DNA of 32,000 nt. Source: Rubrivivax sp. Its GTDB lineage: Bacteria > Pseudomonadota > Gammaproteobacteria > Burkholderiales > Burkholderiaceae_C. Location of the stretch: assembly GCA_031429255.1 (NCBI GenBank), contig JANOZF010000083.1, positions 2,861 through 34,860 on the forward strand, read 5' to 3'. The position numbers and the translations under genes are program-made. This document shows, one piece after another, positions 8,075 through 15,323 of this stretch. Below the pieces are notes generated by a model. The model was not told where the DNA came from, ran no database searches, and saw nothing but the letters and a program-made list of their open reading frames with translations. Each line of letters begins with the position of its first letter. The first letter of the stretch is position 1.

Positions 8075-8964
8075 AGCAGCGCCTGCCTGATGCGCCGCGA
8101 CAGCGCGTCAAACGTCATCACCAGCGCCACGACCACGATCAGGATGGTCGCCAGCCGCGGCCACTGGAACAGGCTCACCGCCTCGGAGATCAACAAGCCC
8201 AGGCCACCGGCGCCGATGAGCCCGAGGATGGTCGAGTCGCGGATGTTGAATTCCCACACATACAGGTGGCTGGACACGAACTGCGGCAGCACCGACGGCC
8301 ACACCGCGTTGAAGAACACCTGCATCGGCGTGGCGCCGGTGGCGCGCACGGCGTCCACAGCGCCCATGTCCAGCGTTTCTATGCTTTCGGCAAACAGCTT
8401 GCCGGCGGTGCCCATGGAGTGCAGCGCGATGGCCAGGATGCCCGCCGTGGGCCCCAGCCCGACGATGCCCACCAGCACCAGCCCGAAGACCAGCGTGTGC
8501 ACGGCGCGCGCCACGTCAAGCACCGTGCGTGCCGTGCGCGCCAGCCAACGAGGCGCGTTCAGGTTGCGAGCGGCCAGCAGCCCCAGCGGCAAGGCCAGCA
8601 GCGCCGCCAGCAGCGAGCCCAGCGTGGCGATCTGGAAGGTGACCCAGGTGCCGCGCGCCAGTGCGGCCAGGAAGTTGGCCTCGACCATGCGCCGGTCTTC
8701 CACGCGCAGCAGGGTCCCGTTGTCACTGCGGTACTCGCGGCGCGGCTCGCCCAGCCAGACGTCCACGAAGCTGGGGCGCGAGAACTCGCCCACCGTCTTG
8801 ACCAGGTTGACCCAGGGCTGGCGGCCCAGCGACAAATCACCCGCCGCGGCCAGCGTGCCCAGGCAGGCCACGACGAGGGCTGCGTACACGGCCACCAGCG
8901 CCAGAAAGCCCAGGCGGCGGCGCTGCGTGGCGGCCGGGTGCTCAACCGCGGCGGCGGCGGTCAC
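8071..8964 (-). CDS. phnE: phosphonate ABC transporter permease
   Basis: 297 aa with multiple hydrophobic helices. PhnE-like layout between the PhnD-like and PhnC-like genes. The GTG start overlaps the phnD stop (GTGA at 8961-8964). Confidence 0.8.
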   Translation of the reverse strand: MTAAAAVEHPAATQRRRLGFLALVAVYAALVVACLGTLAAAGDLSLGRQPWVNLVKTVGEFSRPSFVDVWLGEPRREYRSDNGTLLRVEDRRMVEANFLAALARGTWVTFQIATLGSLLAALLALPLGLLAARNLNAPRWLARTARTVLDVARAVHTLVFGLVLVGIVGLGPTAGILAIALHSMGTAGKLFAESIETLDMGAVDAVRATGATPMQVFFNAVWPSVLPQFVSSHLYVWEFNIRDSTILGLIGAGGLGLLISEAVSLFQWPRLATILIVVVALVMTFDALSRRIRQALL

Positions 8965-9860
8965 CGGGACTCGAGCTTCCCCGTGGCTAGGCCGGCGTCG
9001 CGAATAGGCTTGTAAAACGCGTTGTCCTGCGAGACAAAACCGGTGTAGTTGGCCGGCAGCAGGCCGGGTTGGGTGGCCAGCAGGGGGCCGATCTCGGCCA
9101 GCGCCGTTCGCAGCCGCGACACCAGCGCCTTGTCGGCAAACAGTTTGGCGCTGACGGCAAAGGCATCGTTCGGCAGCGGGGCCGATTCCCAGATGATCTT
9201 GCTGCGCTCGGCCTTGATCAGGCCTTGCTCGATCATCGTGTTGCGATTGCGGTTGAAGTCGGCCCCGGCGTCCAGCTGCCCGGCTGTCACCTGCGTTTGA
9301 ATGGCCTGGTGCTTGGTGTAGACCACGCGGGCAAACAGCTTTTCAGGGTCCACGCCTTGCTGTTGGAAGAAGTGCAACGGGATCAGGTAGCCCGAGGTCG
9401 AGCCCTTGTCGCCGAAGGCAAAGCTGCGCTTGCGGCCATCGGCGATCAGGTCACGCACGCTGTTCAAGCCCGAATCCGGGTGCGTGACGATGATGGCGAA
9501 GTACTCGGGTTTGCCGTTGTAGAGGATGGTCGAGACCACCTGCGCACCCGCATGGTGGTTGGCCAACACGTAGCCCCAGGGACCCATCAAGGCCAGATCG
9601 GTTTCACCATTGGCCAGCGACTTGGCCAGGCCTTCCCAGGTGTCCACGGTGCGCAGCGACACCGGCCGGCCCAGGCGCTGCGACAGGTGCTGCGCCAGCG
9701 GTCGGTAGGTGGCGTCGTTCTTCTCCTTGTCGGGCTGGAACATGCCCACGCCGAGCTTGAGTTCGCTGCCCTGCGCGCGCACGAACCCGGGCATGGCCAG
9801 GCTGGTGGCGGCTGCCGCCAGGGGCAGCATGGTGAAGGCGCGGCGGCTGGGGTGGGTCAT
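8961..9860 (-). CDS. phnD: phosphate/phosphite/phosphonate ABC transporter substrate-binding protein
   Basis: Internal ATG at 9858-9860 preceded by GGAG. Signal peptide MTHPSRRAFTMLPLAAAATSLAMPGFVRA (Tat-like SRRAF). The mature part (KLGVGMFQPDKEK...YRPLAQHL...GETDLALMGPWGYV...FGDKGSTSGYLIP) is typical of the PhnD family. Confidence 0.8.
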   Translation of the reverse strand: MTHPSRRAFTMLPLAAAATSLAMPGFVRAQGSELKLGVGMFQPDKEKNDATYRPLAQHLSQRLGRPVSLRTVDTWEGLAKSLANGETDLALMGPWGYVLANHHAGAQVVSTILYNGKPEYFAIIVTHPDSGLNSVRDLIADGRKRSFAFGDKGSTSGYLIPLHFFQQQGVDPEKLFARVVYTKHQAIQTQVTAGQLDAGADFNRNRNTMIEQGLIKAERSKIIWESAPLPNDAFAVSAKLFADKALVSRLRTALAEIGPLLATQPGLLPANYTGFVSQDNAFYKPIRDAGLATGKLESR

Positions 9861-9888
9861 GGCGGGGGGCTCCTGGGTTGGGGGTGAG

Positions 9889-9916
9889 CGTCGATCGACG
9901 GGTCGACCGACCGTCG
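9889..9916 (-). promoter_or_regulatory. cluster of perfect palindromes 29-56 nt upstream of the phnD start (candidate operator or 5'-UTR structure)
   Basis: cgtcgatcgacg (9889-9900) is a perfect 12-bp palindrome. It is followed by ggtcgacc (9901-9908, a perfect 8-bp palindrome) and gaccgtcg. I could not see a recognisable Pho box. Confidence 0.2.
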
Positions 9917-10099
9917 TGCACAAGCCCTGGTTTCTTACATCGCGGCGAAGGATAGGTGAGTTTGCTCGCTGGGCGCACCAAGGGCTCAAGTGCCTGCAAC
10001 GGTCGCCGATAGCCAACTGGTCTGCGGTCGGAGACGACAGGGTCATGCTGCTGGCTGTGGGCCGTCGGGCCATCAACACCGAAGCTGGGGGCCCTCGAC

Positions 10100-10350
10100 A
10101 TGCTGGACAAACTCAAGCTCGGACCGCGCCTGGGCGTGGCCTTTGCCACCGTGCTGGTACTGATGGTCGGCATCGCCGCGCCCGGTCTGGTGGGCGTGAA
10201 CGGGATGGGGGTGCGTCGCTGCAATCGATGTACGACAACCGCGTCGTGGCGCTGGAGCAGCTGGGCGAACTCAACCGCCTGGTACTGCGCAACCCTGTGC
10301 TGGTGATGGACATGATGGCGCACCCCGAGCCCGCCGACGTTCTTCGCCTC
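10100..10350 (+). pseudogene. methyl-accepting chemotaxis protein, 5' fragment with a frameshift
   Basis: ATG at 10100 gives MLDKLKLGPRLGVAFATVLVLMVGIAAPGLVGVNGMG (MCP N-terminus plus TM1). After the G5 run at 10207-10211 the sensible reading moves to another frame: ASLQSMYDNRVVALEQLGELNRLVLRNPVLVMDMMAHPEPADV (4HB_MCP-type ligand-domain start). Everything downstream (HAMP, signalling domain) is missing. Confidence 0.6.
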
Positions 10351-10357
10351 GACCCGC

Positions 10358-10831
10358 GTGGGTGACAGCCACCTCGCGCGTGGACAGTGGGCCGCTGCTC
10401 ATGAAACCTGTGCCACGGCCCAGGCGCTGGCGACCCAGCTCAAGATGCCACACCAGCACGAGACCACGGGGGGCCTGGCCCGTGTTGCCCTGGCGCAGGG
10501 CAAGTTCATCGCCGCCCTGGAGCATGTGCACCGCGTGATCGACCACGAAGCCGCTACAGGCGGGCGGCATGGGGCCAAGAATGCCGTACGGGTGGACGTG
10601 GTCTACCACCTGGTGCTGGCCAGCGTGGGTGATCCGCGTGCCACGGACTGGTCGAAGCGAGCGCACGGTCAGCTGCAGTCCACGGCCTCGCGCATCGATA
10701 ACCCCGCGCTGCGACGCGGCTTCCTTGGCAACATCCCGGAACACCGGGCCGTGACGACGGCATGGGCGGCGGCCCAGGACGAGGGGGCCGCGCACGCAGG
10801 TCTGGAGCCACAGCCGTCAAGCGCCGCTTGA
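10358..10831 (+). pseudogene. 3' fragment of a large TPR-containing regulator (ATPase/LuxR/cyclase-type C-terminal region)
   Basis: 157 codons beginning at a GTG with no N-terminal domain. TPR-like helices (GDSHLARGQWAAAHETCATAQALA..., GLARVALAQGKFIAALEHVHRVI) and a C-terminal ...NPALRRGFLGNIPEHRAV motif that I recognise from the ends of large STAND/TPR regulators. It abuts the MCP stub. Confidence 0.4.
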
Positions 10832-10969
10832 GCAGGCGGGCTGACACGCTGCGGCACCTGGCGTCCTACAGCAAACTTGGCCCCCGTCCTGCGGAACACT
10901 GGGAAACAGCGCCAGGGTGCACGCCTACACTGCGCCGGCCCCTATCTTTCTGATGTCGGACCTGGAGTG

Positions 10970-13753
10970 ATGATGCGTCGTTGTGCGGTTGCCTGGATGG
11001 TGGTCTTGCTGGTAAGTCTGCCCGGAGCTGGGAGGGTGGCAGCGCAGGGTGCAGCCCCAGCCGTGCCGGTGCGCGTGGCCACGGTGGAAGGCATCGACGA
11101 ATACCGCCTGCCCAATGGACTGCAGGTGCTGCTGGTGCCCGACGACAGCAAGCCCACCACCACCGTCAACGTCACCTACCGCGTGGGCAGCCGGCACGAG
11201 AACTACGGCGAAACCGGCATGGCGCATCTGCTGGAGCATCTGATCTTCAAAGGCACGCCGACCACGCGCAATGCCTTTGCCGAGTTCACCAGACGCGGCC
11301 TGCGTGCCAATGGCACCACCTCGTGGGACCGCACCAACTACTTCGCCAGCTTCGCCGCCAACGACGACAACCTGCGCTGGTACCTGGGCTGGCAGGCCGA
11401 CGTGATGGTGAACAGCCTGATCGCGAAAACCGACCTCGACAGCGAGATGACGGTGGTGCGCAACGAGATGGAATCAGGCGAGAACAACCCCGGTGGCGTG
11501 CTGTTCGGCCGCGTGATGGCGGCCATGTTCGACTGGCACAACTACGGCAAGTCGCCCATCGGTGCGCGCAGCGACGTCGAAAACGTCGACATCGCGCGCC
11601 TGCAGGCCTTCTACCGCCAGCACTACCAGCCTGACAACGCCACGCTCATCGTCAGCGGACGCTTCAAGCCTGAACAGGTGCTGCAGTGGGTGACGCAGAG
11701 TTTTGGTGTCATTCCGCGCCCGGCGCGGGTGCTGCAACCCACCTACACGCTGGAGTCGGCGCAGGACGGCGAACGCCGTGTCACGGTGCGTCGCGTGGGC
11801 GGCACGCCCATCATCTACATGGGTTACCACCTGCCCCCTGCCGCGCACCCGGACGCTGCGCCCGCGGCGCTGCTCGCCCAGGTGCTGGGCGACGCGCCAT
11901 CCGGGCGGTTGCACAAGTGGCTGGTGGAAAAGGGCCTCGCCGCCAGTGTGTTTGGCACCACGCTGGCGCTGGCGGAGCCGGGGGCGCTGCTGGTGGGGGC
12001 CTCACTGGCGCCGGGCCAGGACGTCGACCAGACCAGCGCAGCCATGGCCGCCGCGCTGGACGCGCTGGCCGCGGAACCGTTCACGGCCGAAGAAGTGGCC
12101 CGTGCGCGCACGCAATGGCTGAACAGCTGGGAGCAGGGCTTCACCGACCCCGAACGCGTCGGCGTCGAGCTGTCCAGTGCCATCGCCAAGGGCGACTGGC
12201 GCCTGTACTTTCTGGAGCGCAACCGCATGCGCCAGGCCAGCGTGGCCGATGTGCAGCGGGTGGCGCAGCAGTTCCTGTTGCCAGACAACCGCACGGTGGC
12301 GCTGTACCGCCCGGTGCTGCAAGCCACCCGGGCGCCCGCGCCTGGACGTGTGGATGTGGCCGCGCAGCTGCAAGGCTTCAAGGGTGACAGCATGGCGGCC
12401 GTGGTCGAGGCCTTCGAGGCCACACCGGCCAACCTGGACCTGCGCACGCAGCGCCTGCGACTGCAGGGCCTGCAGCGGGCCGGCGCGCAAGCCGCCGAAC
12501 CCGCGGGCCTGCAGGTGGGCCTGCTGCCCAAGGGCACGCGCGGCCGCGCAGCGCAGGCGCGGCTGACGCTGCGCTTTGGCGACGAGGTGTCTCTGCAGGG
12601 GCAGGGTGCGGCCATCTCGATGCTGGGCTCGCTGCTGGACAAGGGCGCCGTGGGCCTGAGCCGACAGCAGATCAGCGACGGCTTCGACCGCTTGCGCGCC
12701 GAGGTTGGTTTCCATGCCGATGACCAGACGCTGGCCGTCACCATCAGCACCACCGGCGACAACCTGCCCAGCGTGATTGAATTGCTGGGCCGCGTGATGC
12801 GCCAGCCCACCTTCGACGCAGAGGCGCTGCAAGAGATGCGCGCGCAGATGCTGGCCGGCATCGAGCAGCAGCGCAAGGAACCCGAGGCGCTGGTGTCGCA
12901 AGCGCTGGCCCGGCACGGCAACCCGTACCCCAGGGGCGACCCGCGCCACGCTGAAAGCTTCGATGAGATGGAAGCCGACTTGAAAGCCTTGCAGGTGGCC
13001 GACCTGCGCCGCGTGCATGCCCGCTTCATCAGCGGCCGCGTCGGCGAGTTCGCCGCCGTGGGCGACTTCGATGCCGCTGCGGTCAGCAACGCGCTGCGTC
13101 AGGCCTTTGGTGACTGGCAGCCAGCCGCCGCCGATGCGCCCGTTTACCGGCGCCTGTCGCAGCCTCTGGTGGTGCCGCCGCCCGTGCGGCTGGTGCTGGC
13201 GACGCCGGACAAGCAGAACGCCACGCTGCTGGCGCAGCTGCCGCTGCCGCTGAACGACCAGCACCCGGCTTACGCCGCCTTTTCATTGGCCAACTACATC
13301 TTTGGCGGTGGTGGTGATTCGCGTCTGTGGCGCCGCATCCGCGAAAAGGAGGGGCTGAGCTATGACGTGCGTTCGTTGGTCGACTGGAGCTCGCATGAGC
13401 TGAACTCGACGTGGAGCGCCAGCGCCATCTTCGCGCCGCAGAACCAGCCCAAGGTTGAAGCCGCGTGGCGCGACGAGCTGGTTCGCTCGGTGAGAGACGG
13501 GTTCACGACCGAAGAGCTGCAGGCCGCCCGCCAGGGGCTGTTGAACGCCCGCCGCCTGAGCCGCGCGCAGGACGCCACCGTGGCGGCCCAGCTGGCGAAC
13601 AACCTGCAACTGAACCGCCACTTCGATGTTTCGCAGAAGGTCGACGACGCCATCGGCAGCCTGACGCTGGAAGAGGTGAACGCGGCCTGGCGCACCTTCA
13701 TCAAGCCCGAGCTCATTTCCATCGCGTGGGCGGGCGATTTCAAGGCCCCGTGA
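10970..13753 (+). CDS. M16 (pitrilysin/insulinase) family zinc peptidase, two-module ~927 aa, secreted
   Basis: ATG at 10970 after GGAG. Signal peptide MMRRCAVAWMVVLLVSLPGAGRVAA. Inverted zinc motif HxxEH in MAHLLEHLIFKGT, with downstream Glu in VVRNEMESGEN. The second half repeats the fold without the zinc motif. Confidence 0.9.
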   Translation: MMRRCAVAWMVVLLVSLPGAGRVAAQGAAPAVPVRVATVEGIDEYRLPNGLQVLLVPDDSKPTTTVNVTYRVGSRHENYGETGMAHLLEHLIFKGTPTTRNAFAEFTRRGLRANGTTSWDRTNYFASFAANDDNLRWYLGWQADVMVNSLIAKTDLDSEMTVVRNEMESGENNPGGVLFGRVMAAMFDWHNYGKSPIGARSDVENVDIARLQAFYRQHYQPDNATLIVSGRFKPEQVLQWVTQSFGVIPRPARVLQPTYTLESAQDGERRVTVRRVGGTPIIYMGYHLPPAAHPDAAPAALLAQVLGDAPSGRLHKWLVEKGLAASVFGTTLALAEPGALLVGASLAPGQDVDQTSAAMAAALDALAAEPFTAEEVARARTQWLNSWEQGFTDPERVGVELSSAIAKGDWRLYFLERNRMRQASVADVQRVAQQFLLPDNRTVALYRPVLQATRAPAPGRVDVAAQLQGFKGDSMAAVVEAFEATPANLDLRTQRLRLQGLQRAGAQAAEPAGLQVGLLPKGTRGRAAQARLTLRFGDEVSLQGQGAAISMLGSLLDKGAVGLSRQQISDGFDRLRAEVGFHADDQTLAVTISTTGDNLPSVIELLGRVMRQPTFDAEALQEMRAQMLAGIEQQRKEPEALVSQALARHGNPYPRGDPRHAESFDEMEADLKALQVADLRRVHARFISGRVGEFAAVGDFDAAAVSNALRQAFGDWQPAAADAPVYRRLSQPLVVPPPVRLVLATPDKQNATLLAQLPLPLNDQHPAYAAFSLANYIFGGGGDSRLWRRIREKEGLSYDVRSLVDWSSHELNSTWSASAIFAPQNQPKVEAAWRDELVRSVRDGFTTEELQAARQGLLNARRLSRAQDATVAAQLANNLQLNRHFDVSQKVDDAIGSLTLEEVNAAWRTFIKPELISIAWAGDFKAP

Positions 13754-13855
13754 ACCAGTGGCCACGAGAGCCGGTCTTCATGCCCGAAAATCGGTGCTCT
13801 CCGGCTGCGGTGGCACTCAGGCCCGTGGCTCGGTATCCTGACGCAGCCTGTTGCT

Positions 13856-15043
13856 ATGCGGCGTTTCATGACTGACCTGTTCACCGAAGGCGGCAAGCCC
13901 GGCGTGCCGCTGCCCACGCCCGACGCCGGGTACGGGCCTGCCTTGCGGCCAGGCCAGCGTTTGCGCGCGCTGGAAGTGCGTCAGGTGCTGGCTGCCGGTG
14001 GCTCGACCACCGTCTACGGCGCGCTCGACAGCCTTTCGGGGCAACCCGTCGTGATCAAGGAATACCTGCCCCAGATGCTGGCGCTGCGCCTGCCCGACGG
14101 CCAGGTGCAGCCGCGCGCGCCCGAGGTTGCCGCGCTGTACGGTCGCGGGTTGCAGGCATTTCTCAACGAAGCGCGAGTGCTGATGAACGTCGACCACCCG
14201 GCGCTGGTGAAAGTGCTGCAGTTCTGGGAGCAGGCGGGCACCGCCTACCAGGTGCTGCCCCGGGCACAGGGCAGCACGCTGCAGCAGTGGCTGGCCGGGT
14301 TGGGCACGCCGCCCAGCGAGATCTGGCTGCGTGAATTGCTGGCGCCGTTGATGCAGGCGCTCGAGGCCTTGCACCGACAAGGCGCGCACCACGGTGACCT
14401 GTCGTTGCAGAGCATCTGGCTGCAATTCGACAACCGGGCCGATTCCTACCTGGGGCAAAAGCCGCGCCCGCTGTTGCTGGGCTTTGGCGCCGCGGGCCGC
14501 GCGCTGGCGCCACCCAGTGCCAGCGCGGCAGCGGCGCTGCCGGGCGGTTTCGGCCCTGTCGAGCTTCTCGACGGCGCGATCACGGTGCGCCAAGGTGCCT
14601 GGACCGACGTCTACGCGTTGTGCGCGGTGCTGTATGCCGCGATTTGCGGTCGACCGCCCCCGCCGTCGCTGGCGCGCATGGCGCGCGACGACATGGTCAG
14701 CGCGCGCAAAGTCGGCCACGGCCGCTACAGCCCGTCGTTCCTGGCGGCCATCGATGCGGGCCTGGCAGTGCGGCCGCAAGACCGCGTGCAGAGCGTGGCG
14801 GCCCTGCGTCAGCTGCTGGACGAGCCTGTTTCGAGCTTTCGGGCCCACTCGGCCTCGGCGCTGGCGGCCGCGCGGGCCGCCGTGTCAGTGGGCCGCAGCG
14901 CCATGACCGCGCCGATGTCCCTGGCCGATGTGCCGCCCCCCCCGGCCCGCAATGGCGCCCCCATGCCGAGCTGGGCTTGGTCGGCGGCACTGGGTGCGCT
15001 GCTCTTGCTGCTGGCTTTGCTGGCGGCCTGGGTGCGCGGCTGA
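13856..15043 (+). CDS. Ser/Thr protein kinase-like protein with degenerate catalytic motifs and a C-terminal transmembrane anchor
   Basis: Kinase subdomains are recognisable: Gly-loop AAGGSTTVYGA, VVIK Lys, alphaC Glu in FLNEARVL, catalytic loop HHGDLSLQSIWL, GFG (14480-14488) in place of DFG, PVE, WTDVYALCAVLY. The C-terminus PSWAWSAALGALLLLLALLAAWVRG forms a TM helix. Confidence 0.8.
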   Translation: MRRFMTDLFTEGGKPGVPLPTPDAGYGPALRPGQRLRALEVRQVLAAGGSTTVYGALDSLSGQPVVIKEYLPQMLALRLPDGQVQPRAPEVAALYGRGLQAFLNEARVLMNVDHPALVKVLQFWEQAGTAYQVLPRAQGSTLQQWLAGLGTPPSEIWLRELLAPLMQALEALHRQGAHHGDLSLQSIWLQFDNRADSYLGQKPRPLLLGFGAAGRALAPPSASAAAALPGGFGPVELLDGAITVRQGAWTDVYALCAVLYAAICGRPPPPSLARMARDDMVSARKVGHGRYSPSFLAAIDAGLAVRPQDRVQSVAALRQLLDEPVSSFRAHSASALAAARAAVSVGRSAMTAPMSLADVPPPPARNGAPMPSWAWSAALGALLLLLALLAAWVRG

Positions 15044-15083
15044 AGCCGACGCCAAACGGGTAGACGACGGATCAGCCGTCGGA

Positions 15084-15161
15084 CACGCGAAGGTCCGCAC
15101 CAGAGGTACGCACCAGAGGTCGGCACCAGAGGTACGCAAAGGAGGTACGCGCCAGAGGTCC
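15084..15161. repeat. 13-bp tandem array, 5 good copies plus 1 degenerate (consensus gcaccagaggtac)
   Basis: Read directly: 15097 gcaccagaggtac, 15110 gcaccagaggtcg, 15123 gcaccagaggtac, 15136 gcaaaggaggtac, 15149 gcgccagaggtcc. A degenerate copy precedes at 15084-15096. Intergenic, between the kinase-like gene and the SMP-30-like gene. Confidence 0.9.
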
Positions 15162-15287
15162 GACCCAAGCCGCCCCGCCCTGTGCGCCGAGCGGGGCACG
15201 GCGCCGCATCAGCCTGCATCCCGGGTGCCCGTCGGCGAATGCGGGACATCCAACCTCGGGAAAGTACGCGTCGGCATGTCTCATTGC

Positions 15288-15323
15288 GTGCATTAACGTA
15301 TGCATTAATGAATGCGACGTGTG
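15288..15323 (+). promoter_or_regulatory. AT-rich direct repeats (tgcattaa at 12-bp period) and palindrome cattaatg overlapping the operon start codon; candidate operator for the co-operonic GntR regulator
   Basis: gtgcattaacgt / atgcattaatga / atgcgacgtgtg. tgcattaa occurs at 15289-15296 and 15301-15308. The perfect palindrome cattaatg lies at 15303-15310. This is the most AT-rich spot in the window, and the ATG at 15308 sits inside it. Confidence 0.25.

Noticed and set aside
7226-9007. Very long ORFs antisense to well-supported genes. Examples: 7226..9007(+) 593 aa, 28187..30040(-) 617 aa, 20582..22249(-) 555 aa, 16919..18541(-) 540 aa, 19209..20639(-) 476 aa, 4162..5577(+) 471 aa, and 11824..13089(-) / 12002..13264(-).
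   Set aside because: Their translations are Arg/Ala/Gly/Pro-rich low-complexity strings with no family motifs. Each lies opposite an ORF with clear catalytic or family motifs. Long stop-free antisense frames are expected at this GC content because stop codons are AT-rich.
8961-10079. Full 372-aa version of the phnD ORF
   Set aside because: The N-terminal 73 residues have no signal-peptide character. The internal ATG at 9860 has a GGAG Shine-Dalgarno sequence and opens directly into a Tat-like signal peptide.
15084-15161. Tandem arrays at 15084-15161, 23353-23443 and 25946-25990 considered as CRISPR arrays
   Set aside because: The units are contiguous (12-15 bp) with no unique spacers between them. 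They are far shorter than CRISPR repeats, and no cas genes are present. They are micro- or minisatellites.
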